This document shows positions 20,576-30,306 of a stretch of DNA of 64,000 nt, one piece after another. Every line of letters begins with the position of its first letter. Positions within the stretch are counted from its first letter, which is position 1. The translations under genes were made by a program, and so were the position numbers. The notes below the pieces were generated by a model that saw nothing but the letters and a program-made list of their open reading frames with translations, ran no database searches and had not been told where the DNA came from. Location: contig CAXXVD010000001.1 of NCBI GenBank assembly GCA_963662335.2, positions 640,001-704,000 on the forward strand, read 5' to 3'. The stretch is from Chloroflexota bacterium (GTDB lineage Bacteria > Chloroflexota > UBA11872 > VXOZ01).

Positions 20576-21313
20576 ATGGCCAACGATGCCAGTGCACTGG
20601 GAGAGGCTATTGGAAAGCAGTTTGAGACAGCGATAGTAGATGGCTTGAAGCCGACCGTAGCCAGGCATGGCTGTACGATAAAGCCCGCCCGTCTAAGAAA
20701 CGGTACCGGCAACGTTTACCAAATTGACGCTGTCATATTCGATGCTGATGAACGTCCCCTGGCACTCATTGACCCGAAGTACATCCGCTACACGAAGCAC
20801 AACCGGGATAAAGGGAGTTGGCTTTGTGTGGCTCATTACAATCTGCGGAAAACACACCTCAGTCTCCGGAAATCCATAGCGATTCTCGCCGGTCGGTGGT
20901 CCAAACCGTCAATTGCGCTGATCCGTAGTTTTGGCGTCGAGGTCTTCCAATTGCACTTTGACACTATGGTGGAAGTCCTTCGTGACTATGGTGTGGACTT
21001 TGAGTGGCGTGAAGGGGATCGCGAGACGCCACGGCTAGCCCTGGAGCGGTATCGGCAACTGAGCGAGAAAGAGCGTAGCGCACTTGGTAAACAGTTGGCA
21101 GGATCGGTTCTGCCGGATGTCTCTGAGGCTGTTGACACCGTCTTGGGATTGGATGTGGATTCGATTCCGCAGCGCGTGACCGAGGTAGAGGTGTTGCTCA
21201 AGACAAACCTCAATGAGATGAAGCTGATTAGCCGGCCAACAATTGCCGAAGCGATTGGCGAACTGGCTAGTCTGGTTCAGGATCGGACGAATATACTCGG
21301 TTCGACGGACTGA
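20576..21313 (+). CDS. Putative type II restriction endonuclease (PD-(D/E)xK)
   Basis: Directly downstream of the MTase; E17...QIDAVI...IDPKYIRYTKH; lower GC. Confidence 0.7.
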   Translation: MANDASALGEAIGKQFETAIVDGLKPTVARHGCTIKPARLRNGTGNVYQIDAVIFDADERPLALIDPKYIRYTKHNRDKGSWLCVAHYNLRKTHLSLRKSIAILAGRWSKPSIALIRSFGVEVFQLHFDTMVEVLRDYGVDFEWREGDRETPRLALERYRQLSEKERSALGKQLAGSVLPDVSEAVDTVLGLDVDSIPQRVTEVEVLLKTNLNEMKLISRPTIAEAIGELASLVQDRTNILGSTD

Positions 21314-21432
21314 TGGCCAGAGCAAATAAGCGATAGTACAAGCATGGCTAGCAGAACCAAGCCCAGTTAGTCTTCCCCACTTCGGTACACAAATGGACAA
21401 TCCCCCTTCCAGATTGATGGTGGAGTCTTACC

Positions 21433-22782
21433 ATGCCGAGCACGAATCCTGTTAATCCGCCTTTGTGGTACGTCCCCCGCATTTCTGCCATAAGCCCCAC
21501 GGGCCCGGAGGTTGCGCTCGCGGTTGGCGAGGCGGTTGAACTGAGTGTAGAGATTGAACCCTGGCAGACGGTGCCGGCGGCGCAGGCGTGGCGGCGGCGG
21601 GCGGAGCCGGCGCTTTCCACTACGAACACCGTGCAGGACTGGTGCCGGGTGATGCTCTACATGCCGCGCGTCATCCGCGCCGACGGCATGTACAAGATGT
21701 GGTACGTGGGCACGTCCGGCCCGCCGCGTCCCGCCAGTTGCCACCTGGGCTACGCCACCTCCACCGACGGCATTCACTGGCAGGAATACCCCGGCAATCC
21801 CATCGTCACCGACGAGGCGCTGCGCGACGCCGGCGGCTGGGGCTGGTGCTTTCAAAGCCCGTTCGTGCTCTACGACCTGCAGCGGCGCGTCTACCGCATG
21901 TGGTTCTCCGCGCTCACCCACTGGGAGCAGACCGATGACGGCGAGTTGGTGGAGATGACGCAGCAGGTGGGCTACGCCGAGAGCCCGGACGGCATCGCGT
22001 GGGACATTCACCCGGCGCCGGTCACCCGCAGCGGGCGCTGCGCCTCCGTCATCCAGGAGGCGGACGGCAGCTTCAGCATGTGGGCGAACGCCCGGCCGGC
22101 CGGTGACCCGGACCCCAGTTCGATTTACGGCCACGTGATGCTCTTGCGTTCCGCCGACGGCATTCACTGGGAAGAAATCGCCGACGTGCTCCAACCGGCC
22201 GGCATCTACAAGTCGTGCGTCTATCCTCATGTCCTGCGCGACGGGCCGGGCCTCGTCATGTGGCACGGCGGCCACCGCGCTTCGCTGCGGGACGACGTGC
22301 GCTTCACCCGCGCCCAATTGGACGACGCCTACGGCGATTGGTTCGACCTCACTTTTGCCCGCTCGCATGACGGCCTGGCGTGGACCGACCGGCCCGGCCT
22401 GCCGGTCTTTCCGCCAAACCCGGACAAGGACGCTTTCGACGCCCGCTACACCTCCACGCCCCACGTGCTCAAAGAGCCGGGCCGCTACACGCTCTACTAC
22501 TCGGCCCGCGACATGCAGGAAGGCTGGCTGCAAGCCGACGGCACGCCCGGTCCCGGCCGCGGCTTCGCGTACCGCCATATCGGCTACGCCACGCTGGACG
22601 CTGCGGAGCACGAAGACCCGACGCTGCGTTACGAGTGGTCGGTTGACGGGGAGACGCTGCCAGAACGCGGCGGCGCGCTGCGCTTTGCTACCCAAGAGCC
22701 TGGCGCGCGCCACGTTACCTGCCGGGTCGCCAATGCCAACGGCGCGATCGCCTACACCTGGAAAATCGTCGTGGGTGTATAG
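21433..22782 (+). CDS. Glycoside hydrolase-like five-bladed beta-propeller (GH32/43/130-like) flanked by Ig/PKD-like segments
   Basis: Repeated YKMWY..GYATSTDGIHW..YPGNP, GYAESPDGIAW, RSADGIHW, ARSHDGLAW blades. Confidence 0.75.
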   Translation: MPSTNPVNPPLWYVPRISAISPTGPEVALAVGEAVELSVEIEPWQTVPAAQAWRRRAEPALSTTNTVQDWCRVMLYMPRVIRADGMYKMWYVGTSGPPRPASCHLGYATSTDGIHWQEYPGNPIVTDEALRDAGGWGWCFQSPFVLYDLQRRVYRMWFSALTHWEQTDDGELVEMTQQVGYAESPDGIAWDIHPAPVTRSGRCASVIQEADGSFSMWANARPAGDPDPSSIYGHVMLLRSADGIHWEEIADVLQPAGIYKSCVYPHVLRDGPGLVMWHGGHRASLRDDVRFTRAQLDDAYGDWFDLTFARSHDGLAWTDRPGLPVFPPNPDKDAFDARYTSTPHVLKEPGRYTLYYSARDMQEGWLQADGTPGPGRGFAYRHIGYATLDAAEHEDPTLRYEWSVDGETLPERGGALRFATQEPGARHVTCRVANANGAIAYTWKIVVGV

Positions 22783-22843
22783 CCGGCTGCGAAACACTGT
22801 CGAGTTCGCGCGGGAGCCGCAATCCGCCACGGCCTACGCCTCG

Positions 22844-22871
22844 GTAGGGGCACGACATGTCGTGCCCCTAC
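22844..22871. repeat. GTAGGGGC REP palindrome
   Basis: GTAGGGGCACGACATGTCGTGCCCCTAC between convergent genes. Confidence 0.85.
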
Positions 22872-22912
22872 CGACGACGCAGGCCCCTCATCGATGGGTG
22901 CAAGGAAGGCGG

Positions 22913-23422
22913 TTATTGGCGGCGCGTGTCTTCCAGTTCAGACTGGATTTCCTGTATATCCGCCGGCCAGGTGCTCTTGATGTAGGCGAGGACGGCCCAG
23001 ATTTCCGCGTCGCTCATGGTTTCGCCAAAGCCGGGCATGTTGCTCATGTAGTCGTCGCCGACCACGGCGGTGGAGCCGTACTTGGTCACGTCGAAGAGCA
23101 GGGCGTCGGTATGGTGCCAGGTGTGGCCGGTGGCGTCGTGGGGCGGGGCGGGCAACATGCCGTCTTCATCGCGTTCGCGCCAGTTGGGCTGCCCTTCCAG
23201 GTTCACGCCGTGGCAACTGGCGCAGTGGAGTTGGTAGAGGGCTTCGCCGCGCCGCACCTGTTGCGCGTCGGTGGCGTCCGCCTGCCCGGACGCGCCATCG
23301 CTGCCGCCGCGCAGCCACAAGGCCGCCAGCACAACCGCCGCCGCCAGCGCGGCGGCCGCAAAGAGCGCCAGCCAGCGGTTCGGTATCGTGCCGGGCCGGT
23401 TTGACTTCTTGTTTCTGCTCAC
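22913..23422 (-). CDS. Membrane-anchored monoheme cytochrome c
   Basis: TM anchor, CASCHG, PAPPHDATGHTWHH, MPGF; GTG after GGAG. Confidence 0.9.
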   Translation of the reverse strand: MSRNKKSNRPGTIPNRWLALFAAAALAAAVVLAALWLRGGSDGASGQADATDAQQVRRGEALYQLHCASCHGVNLEGQPNWRERDEDGMLPAPPHDATGHTWHHTDALLFDVTKYGSTAVVGDDYMSNMPGFGETMSDAEIWAVLAYIKSTWPADIQEIQSELEDTRRQ

Positions 23423-23646
23423 CGCATTGCTCCACAATCGGTAGGCGTTGGATCCGGCAGCCGTTTTGCCAACGGCCGCACACGGCGCGCCGCGCGTGCC
23501 CCTGGACATTGTACTATGCCACTGGTAGAGCCATTGTCGAGAATAGGCGTGCTCTCCGACCGCGTGCGCACCGGGCGGGCAATGGCGTACTATACAGACA
23601 GCACGCACCATGCGGCGGTAGCGTCGAACGGAGAAAGCGAGCAACC

Positions 23647-24810
23647 ATGGCGAACACGAACGAACCGGTGGGCGTAGCCGTCATTGGCTGCGGCAGCATT
23701 TCCCATCCTCATTTTGACGGTTGGCAACGGCTTGAAAAGGCCGGCGAGGCCCGCCTGGAAGTGGCCTGCGACAGCCTCTTGGAACGCGCCGAGGGCCGGG
23801 TGCAGCAGTACGGCGCGCGGGCCGCGGCCACGGACTTTGCGGAAGTGGTGCGGCGCCCAGAGGTGCAGGCCGTGGACATCTGCCTGCCGCACCACCTGCA
23901 TCTGCCCGCGATTCTGGCGGCGGCTGAGGCCGGCGTGCACGTGCTCTGCGAGAAGCCGCTCGTGCTCGACATGGACGAGGCGGTGACCGCAATCCGCGCC
24001 TGCCGCGACGCCGGCGTCAAGCTCATGACCGCCGACCGCGACCGCTTCGAGCCGCCGGCCCGCGCGGTCAAGCGCATCCTGAACGCCGGGCTTGTCGGCG
24101 ACGTCTACCACGTGCTCGAGCGCCACATGCTGCACAAAGACGTGATCACGCAGGGGTCCCACGCCAACATGGGTTGGAAACTGGGCAAGGCCACGGCCGG
24201 CGGCGGCGCGCTGCACCGCGACGGCTGCTACTACATCGATACGCTCCTCTTTTGGGAAGGCAGCGGCGTCAAGCACGTCGCGGGCGCGGAGTTCGACAAC
24301 TTTCTCTGGGAAACGGCGGAGATCGAGACCACCTCGCACGTGCTCTTCCGCTTCAACAGCGGCGCGATCGGCGTCTTCGAGATGGTGTGGTGTTTGCAGG
24401 GGCCGCAGCACCGCGAAATCTTCGTGACCGGCAGCGAGGGCTACGTGAAGCTGGAAGGGGGCATCGGGCACGGCTCCGACGCCACGATAACGCTCTACAG
24501 CAACAAGCGGCCGTGGCTGGCATTCGACGATGCGCAGGTGGCGCAGGCGTTTGCCGATTGCACGTTCGAGCAGCCAAGCCGGAACAACCCGGAAATGGCC
24601 AACGAAAAGCTCGTGCTGCACGTGCCGTACGCGGGCGGCTTCACCGCCCAGGAGAAGGAACTCCTGGCCGCCATCCGGGAAGACCGCGAGCCGGAGTCCA
24701 GCGGCATCGACGGCGCGCGGTCGCTGGAGGTGGTGGAAGGCGCCTATATTGCCGCGCAAGAGGGACGGCGGATTGACTTTCCGCTGCGGGATTGGGAGTC
24801 TTTGCGCTAA
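23647..24810 (+). CDS. Gfo/Idh/MocA family oxidoreductase
   Basis: VAVIGCGSI, HVLCEKP, GGGAL. Confidence 0.9.
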   Translation: MANTNEPVGVAVIGCGSISHPHFDGWQRLEKAGEARLEVACDSLLERAEGRVQQYGARAAATDFAEVVRRPEVQAVDICLPHHLHLPAILAAAEAGVHVLCEKPLVLDMDEAVTAIRACRDAGVKLMTADRDRFEPPARAVKRILNAGLVGDVYHVLERHMLHKDVITQGSHANMGWKLGKATAGGGALHRDGCYYIDTLLFWEGSGVKHVAGAEFDNFLWETAEIETTSHVLFRFNSGAIGVFEMVWCLQGPQHREIFVTGSEGYVKLEGGIGHGSDATITLYSNKRPWLAFDDAQVAQAFADCTFEQPSRNNPEMANEKLVLHVPYAGGFTAQEKELLAAIREDREPESSGIDGARSLEVVEGAYIAAQEGRRIDFPLRDWESLR

Positions 24811-24854
24811 CCTACGGCGCGCTAGTTTGATTGAAGTGTGAAAGGGAGCACGAA

Positions 24855-25862
24855 ATGCGCTATCGTCCGCTGGGGAACACGGGACACGACGTATCGGAAG
24901 TCGGGCTAGGCACGTATCCGTTGGGCGGCGCGCTCATTACGAGCGGCAGCTATTGGACGGGCCCGGCCACGTACGGCGCCGTTTCGCTCGAGACGGCGGT
25001 GGCGACCATCCATCACGGGCTGTCGCTGGGGCTCAACTTCATCGACACCGCGCCGGTCTACTCGGAAGCTGAAGTCTACATCGCCGAGGCGCTGCGCCGG
25101 CGGCCGCCGGCCCTCCAAGGAATGGAGGTGTTCGTAGAAACGAAAGGCGGCGAGCACGTGCGGCCGGTGGCAGATGGCGGGCCGCCGGTGCTGGCGCGTG
25201 ACTTTAGCCGCGCCGCCTTGCGCGCTAGCGTGCTGCGCAGCAAGGAGCGCCTGCAAACGGACCTTATCGAAGGCGTGCTGCTGCACAGTCCGGTCACGGA
25301 AGAATTGGCGGAAGACCCGCTGGGCCTGCTCGTCGAGATGCGCGCGGAGCGGCACGTCGGGCACATTGGCGTTTCCGCCAGCGACACAACGGAAGCCATC
25401 CGCCTCATCGAGGAAGACGGCCGCGCGGAGATCATACAAATCGGCTTCAGCCTGCTGGAACCCGAACCGGCCGAGCGGCTCTTGCCTCTGGCTGAAGAGC
25501 GCGGCGTCGGCATCGTGATCCGTTCGCCCCTGGCATCCGGCTTCCTTTCGGGCACGCTCACGGCGGACCATGAGTTTGGGCCGGACGACCACCGCAGCCT
25601 CATGCCGCGGGAACGGCTCGCCGCGCGGCTGCGAGAGGCGGAGTCCTTCATGTGGCTGGTGGACGAGGGCGTGGCGGAGAGCCTCAGCGAGGCCGCCCTG
25701 CGTTACATCCTCAGCTTTTCCGGGGTATCGTCGGTGATTCCCGGCGCCATGAACCCGGCTGAAATCGAGCAGAACGCGGCGATTTCCGACCTCGGCCCCC
25801 TGCCGGAAGCGGCGCTGGCGCGCGTGGCGGAGACGCAGCGGGCGTTGGGATTGCTGGCCTAG
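24855..25862 (+). CDS. Aldo/keto reductase
   Basis: YRPLGNTG..VSEVGLG, FIDTAPVY, TKGG, LLHSP, SPLASG. Confidence 0.92.
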   Translation: MRYRPLGNTGHDVSEVGLGTYPLGGALITSGSYWTGPATYGAVSLETAVATIHHGLSLGLNFIDTAPVYSEAEVYIAEALRRRPPALQGMEVFVETKGGEHVRPVADGGPPVLARDFSRAALRASVLRSKERLQTDLIEGVLLHSPVTEELAEDPLGLLVEMRAERHVGHIGVSASDTTEAIRLIEEDGRAEIIQIGFSLLEPEPAERLLPLAEERGVGIVIRSPLASGFLSGTLTADHEFGPDDHRSLMPRERLAARLREAESFMWLVDEGVAESLSEAALRYILSFSGVSSVIPGAMNPAEIEQNAAISDLGPLPEAALARVAETQRALGLLA

Positions 25863-25935
25863 GGGGCGGAGCCGCCGTCTTGCCTCGCACGCTTGGGGCT
25901 CCGCCTGTGGTGGCGCTTTACACATGGGCAAAAGA

Positions 25936-26047
25936 GCGGGGGACAAGCCCCCGCGCTACGAATCGTCATGCCGGCAACAATTCGTCATGCCGGCAACAAT
26001 TCGTCATGCCGGCTGCGAATCGTCATTCCGGCGAAAGCCGGAATCCA
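25936..26047. repeat. REP cluster with 19-bp tandem repeats
   Basis: GTAGCGCGGGG REP (reverse), then TCGTCAT(G/T)CCGGC at 25963, 25982, 26001, 26020; the last unit is a full CGTCATTCCGGCGAAAGCCGGAATCC hairpin. Confidence 0.85.
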
Positions 26048-26172
26048 TCTTGCCTTGGCAAAGGGCGTGTCCCGCTAGCAAAAGCGCCCTGCGCCGCAAT
26101 ACTCTTTGGCGCACCCGTCTTGCACACAGCCCACTCTGCCCACAACTATCAGGTTTGACTTCCACACGTGTA

Positions 26173-26201
26173 TTGCATCTAGGCAGCGTTCCCGCCATAA
26201 T
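26173..26201 (+). promoter_or_regulatory. sigma70-type promoter with long leader
   Basis: TTGCAT-17 bp-CATAAT. Confidence 0.55.
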
Positions 26202-26372
26202 GCAGAGAACGGATTGCCCTCAGTTCATCGAGGTGAACGAAAGGAGGGTGACAACCAGGTAGACAACTCATGTGGGGGATCCGGCTGAGATTCCTTTGCT
26301 AATCGTTTGTGCACGAACAGTGCTCTTGGAGCAGCAAGGCTTGTCGTCATGGCAAGTTGGGAGGTTAAGCAC

Positions 26373-27761
26373 ATGAAGACCGGTGACGGTGAAACTCGTT
26401 TGACGCGACGCTCCGTGCTGTGGTTGGGCGGCGGCGCGCTCGGCGCAATCGCGCTGGCGGCCTGCGGCCAGGCGGCCATGCCCGCGGCGACGGACGAAGC
26501 GCCCGCGGCCGAAGAGCAAGAAGCGGAAGCCAAAGAGCCGGCGCCACAGGCGGAGCCCGTTGCCCTGGATTGGGCGCTCTGGGGCGACTCCACCTGGGTG
26601 GAAGCGGCCCAGGCCGGCGCCGATGCGTACACGGCGGACAACCCCAACGTCACGCTGAACGTCCTCGGCGTCAAGGACAGTCCGTCAGTCTACATTACGT
26701 CCTGGGTAGCCGGGTCCGGACCCGATATTGCGATGACGTGGGGCGTGAATCTCGTCCAGGCGGGACGGGACGGGCTGCTGCTCGACATGGATCCCTTCAT
26801 CAAGCGCGACAGCTTCCCCATGGACGACTACATTCCCTTCCAGCTTGGCGCAATGCGCTGGCCAGAGACGGGTCAGTACGGTCTGCCCATGTACATCAAC
26901 GTGTACGTGCTCTGGTACAACCGGCAGGTTTTCGATAAGAAGGGCATATCCTTCCCTGATGACAACTGGGGCTGGGACGAATACCAGGATGCGCTGCTCA
27001 GGCTTACCGACCGCCCCAACACCGTCTTTGGCGGCGTGGACGCGGGCTGGGGCCGCGGCATTTGGAAGATCGTGCAAAACGGCGGCACCGTCGTCGATCC
27101 GGAGAACGACCGCCACGCCACCTTCGATAGTCCGCAGGCCATCGAGGCCATGGAGTGGGTCCACGCCCGCTACCATCAGGACCGGAGCATTGTGCACGGT
27201 GAGGAGTGGGCGGCGCTGGACCGCGCCAAGGTGCAGGCCCTCATGCAGGGCACGCTGGCAACCTGGGAAGAAGGTTCGTGGGGGCCGGGGCAGTACTCGA
27301 TTGACTACCCCGATAACGTCGCGGACTGGGACGTGGTGCCGCTGCCGCAGGGCCCGGCGGCCCGCGCTACCCAAGGCTCCATCGACGCCTGGGTGGTCTG
27401 GGCCGGCACGAAAGACCCGGATACGGCGTGGGACTTCATGAAGTTCCTGCAGACCGATACGTATCTCGACCTGCAGTGCCAGATTGCCAGCATTCAGCAT
27501 CCGCGCGCCTCGCTGCAAGACCGCTACATCAGCATCATGAAAGAGAACTTCCCGGCGCTGGCGGATAAGAATCTGGACGCGTTCGCGCATCCGGTGCGGG
27601 GCAAGTACGCCTGGCCCAACGGCGGCCTCTTCCGCAAGGACGCCGAGGTCTTTGGGCTGCTGGCGGAGGCCTGGCAGACGTCGATCGTGGAGGACAAGAT
27701 CACGGTGGCGGAGGCGTTCACCGACGCCGCCGCGCGCGCCAACGCCCTGATGGCGGAGTGA
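26373..27761 (+). CDS. ABC transporter sugar-family solute-binding lipoprotein (Tat)
   Basis: GGAGG RBS, TRRSVL, LAAC, GPDI, YGLP..LWYN..FDKKGISFPDDNW. Confidence 0.9.
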   Translation: MKTGDGETRLTRRSVLWLGGGALGAIALAACGQAAMPAATDEAPAAEEQEAEAKEPAPQAEPVALDWALWGDSTWVEAAQAGADAYTADNPNVTLNVLGVKDSPSVYITSWVAGSGPDIAMTWGVNLVQAGRDGLLLDMDPFIKRDSFPMDDYIPFQLGAMRWPETGQYGLPMYINVYVLWYNRQVFDKKGISFPDDNWGWDEYQDALLRLTDRPNTVFGGVDAGWGRGIWKIVQNGGTVVDPENDRHATFDSPQAIEAMEWVHARYHQDRSIVHGEEWAALDRAKVQALMQGTLATWEEGSWGPGQYSIDYPDNVADWDVVPLPQGPAARATQGSIDAWVVWAGTKDPDTAWDFMKFLQTDTYLDLQCQIASIQHPRASLQDRYISIMKENFPALADKNLDAFAHPVRGKYAWPNGGLFRKDAEVFGLLAEAWQTSIVEDKITVAEAFTDAAARANALMAE

Positions 27762-27797
27762 TAGCAGCCCGCCGGCGGCAAAGACACGTCGCGGGTG

Positions 27798-27971
27798 GTA
27801 GGGGCACGACGTGTCGTGCCCCTACGCCAAGAAGTTGCTCCGGCATTGAGGTAGCGCGGGGGCTTGTCCCCCGCCGCTCTCGCATGAGGCCGGCAGGGGC
27901 ACAACGCGGTCTCCCCCGGTGGGGGCGCGACAATTGACCTGCGGTGGGGGCACGACATGTCGTGCCCCTAC
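27798..27971. repeat. Cluster of GTAG-type REPs
   Basis: GTAGGGGC copies at 27798 and 27944, GTAGCGCGGGG at 27851, degenerate copies between. Confidence 0.85.
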
Positions 27972-28010
27972 CGGACGCGCGTAGCCGCATCGCACGATAG
28001 GTAGAATCGT

Positions 28011-29027
28011 ATGCTTGTCACCACCAGCGGCCGGTTTCCCATTGTCAGCAACGGCCAACATCCCTTGCGCGCCGCCGTGGAGGACTGGCGGGAGCGCGAG
28101 ACGCCGACGCCGGAGAGCGCGTGGCGGGATGAGGCGTTGCGCGCCGTCCAGGCCGCGACCCAGGTGGAACTGCTGGCGGCGCAAACCGGGGCCGGCGCGG
28201 ACATCCTGGAGCCGGGCTACGCGCCCGTCTACGACGAGTGGTTCCAGATGGCGCGCGTCGTGCCGGGGTTGGCAGTCGCCGCGCCTCTCCGGTATCTGGA
28301 CACCAACACCTACTACCACCACTGGGTCTTGGACAAGCCGCCTACGCGCGGGGCGGAAAGTCCCATTGTCAGCGCTTACCGCCACGCCGCCGCGCACACG
28401 CAGAAGCCCATCAAGCCCGCGCTCTTTGGGCCGTACACCGTCTGGGCGTACGCCGACCGGCAGGGCGACGGCGACACGCCGGCGGCTTTCGACGCGCTGG
28501 TGGACATCTGGGCGGCGGACGTGGCGGCTCTGGCTCAGGCCGGGGCGCGCTACATCCAGCTTGAAGAATCGGTCATTTTGCGTCCCAAGCACCGCGCCGA
28601 CTTTCCGCTGGTGGCGCAGGCCATCGAGCGCATCGCGCGCGCCGCGCCGGTCGCAACTCTCATCGTGCATCTCGCGTGCGGCGCGATTGGCGATATGCTC
28701 GAGCCCTTCCTCAAAATCCCCGGCCTGGGCGGGCTGGGCCTGGACTTCACCGACGCCTATCGCGCGCCCAACCTGGCTGCCCTCCCAGGCTGGCGCGGAG
28801 ATGCAATTCTGCAAGCCGGCATCGCCGACGCGCGCAGCATCCGCATCGAAACTGAGCCCGAATTACACGAAATCCTGCGCGAGATAGCCGCCGCCGTGCC
28901 TGCGGAAAATTGCTGGGCCGCCCCCAGCACGGCGCTGCTCCACTTGCCGCGCCACGCCGCTTTTGAGAAACTGGCAACGCTGGCGCGCGCCGCCCACGCT
29001 TTCAACGGTAAGGGGGAACAAGCATGA
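28011..29027 (+). CDS. Cobalamin-independent methionine synthase, N-terminal-half-like protein (split MetE)
   Basis: RYLDTNTYY, KPALFGPYT, GARYIQLEE, APSTALLHLP; Zn-ligand motif incomplete. Confidence 0.75.
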   Translation: MLVTTSGRFPIVSNGQHPLRAAVEDWRERETPTPESAWRDEALRAVQAATQVELLAAQTGAGADILEPGYAPVYDEWFQMARVVPGLAVAAPLRYLDTNTYYHHWVLDKPPTRGAESPIVSAYRHAAAHTQKPIKPALFGPYTVWAYADRQGDGDTPAAFDALVDIWAADVAALAQAGARYIQLEESVILRPKHRADFPLVAQAIERIARAAPVATLIVHLACGAIGDMLEPFLKIPGLGGLGLDFTDAYRAPNLAALPGWRGDAILQAGIADARSIRIETEPELHEILREIAAAVPAENCWAAPSTALLHLPRHAAFEKLATLARAAHAFNGKGEQA

Positions 29028-30019
29028 GCGCCCTTCCGCTCCTACCGCTCTCCGGCATTGGCAGCCTGCCCAAGCCGCCCGACCTCTTCCAGGCGGAGAT
29101 GGCGCCGCTGGAACAGCAAGACCGCGCCTGGATGCGCCAACGTCAAGAGGCCGCAGTGGCCGAGTGGCTTGCGCTCCAGCAAGAGATTGGCATCGACGTG
29201 CCGGTGGACGGGGAGCAGTACCGGCGCTCCATGACCACCTATTTCCTGGAAGGCTGGGGCTGCGCCGACATCGATCCCGACCCGGTGTGGGTATTAGACA
29301 ACATGTACGGCCAGCGGGCGGTCATCAAGCGTCCCGCCACCGCGCCGCGCGCGTTGCTCGCGGACTGGTACCAATTCGCCGCCGCCCGCGTCCAGGGTGA
29401 CATCAAGGTCACCGTCACCGGCGCGTACACCCTGCGGGACTGGGTCTTCGATCTGCACTATCCCGACCGGCGCGCGGCGGTGCTGGCGCTGGCGGAATAC
29501 GTCCGCGAAGAGGCGCTGGCGCTGGTGGCCGCGGGCGCGCGTTACCTGCAAATCGACGAACCGGCGTTCGTCACCCGCTATGACCAGCCGGCCGAGCTTG
29601 ACACGGCGATTGCGGCCATGCGGCGCGTCTGCGACGGCCTGCCGGCGGACGTCACGGTTTTCACCCACATGTGCTACGGCGCGTTCCACGAGGTCTACCC
29701 CAAGATGCTGGAACTGCCGGCGCACGTCTTCTGCCTGGAACTTGCCCACGTCGCGCCGGAAATGCTGGAAATCCTGCGCCGGCATCCGTTTCCCGCCGAC
29801 CGCGCCATGGGCTACGGCGTTGTGGACGCGCAAGATCCCCGTGTAGAATCGGTGGAGGAGATCGAAGCGCGCATCCGGCTGGCGCTGGACTACTTCGCGC
29901 CGGAGCAACTCTGGATTAACCCGGATTGCGGCCTGCAGGCGATTCCGCACGAGGCGGCGGTCGCCAAACTGCGCAACCTGGCAACCGCCGCGCGCCGGGT
30001 GCGCCAGTTGCTCGTCTGA
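29024..30019 (+). CDS. metE: Cobalamin-independent methionine synthase, catalytic C-terminal half
   Basis: IGSLPKP, DGEQYR, LQIDEPA, THMCYG, E, INPDCGL Zn ligands. Confidence 0.85.
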   Translation: MSALPLLPLSGIGSLPKPPDLFQAEMAPLEQQDRAWMRQRQEAAVAEWLALQQEIGIDVPVDGEQYRRSMTTYFLEGWGCADIDPDPVWVLDNMYGQRAVIKRPATAPRALLADWYQFAAARVQGDIKVTVTGAYTLRDWVFDLHYPDRRAAVLALAEYVREEALALVAAGARYLQIDEPAFVTRYDQPAELDTAIAAMRRVCDGLPADVTVFTHMCYGAFHEVYPKMLELPAHVFCLELAHVAPEMLEILRRHPFPADRAMGYGVVDAQDPRVESVEEIEARIRLALDYFAPEQLWINPDCGLQAIPHEAAVAKLRNLATAARRVRQLLV

Positions 30020-30061
30020 CGGCGGCGATCGAGGCGCATGACCCCCTCTCCCCGGGAGAAC

Positions 30062-30220
30062 TCACAGGGGTAGATACTCTACAATCGACTTCACCTGTCA
30101 TTCCGAACGGAGCGCAGCGGAGTGTCGAACCCTGTTCGCGGAATCTAGCGCAATGCCCCACAGAATTGGCAGCTCTAGATTCCTCGCTGCGCTCGGAATG
30201 ACATTTACCTACCCCTGTCA
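30062..30220. repeat. TGTCATTC REP doublet (30096-30203) enclosed by an outer inverted repeat
   Basis: ACAGGGGTAG (30064-30073) and CTACCCCTGT (30209-30218). Confidence 0.75.
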
Positions 30221-30306
30221 GCCAATGAGAGGGAACCGGAGTGCGGCTGCCGACGGGCGCCAATCAAACGACGAACGCGGTGTGTCCTTAACCGAGGAGA
30301 ACCCCA

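Noticed and set aside
30204-30306. ZTP/THF riboswitch before fhs
   Set aside because: Short region lacking GACTGGCG and CGCCTGGG cores
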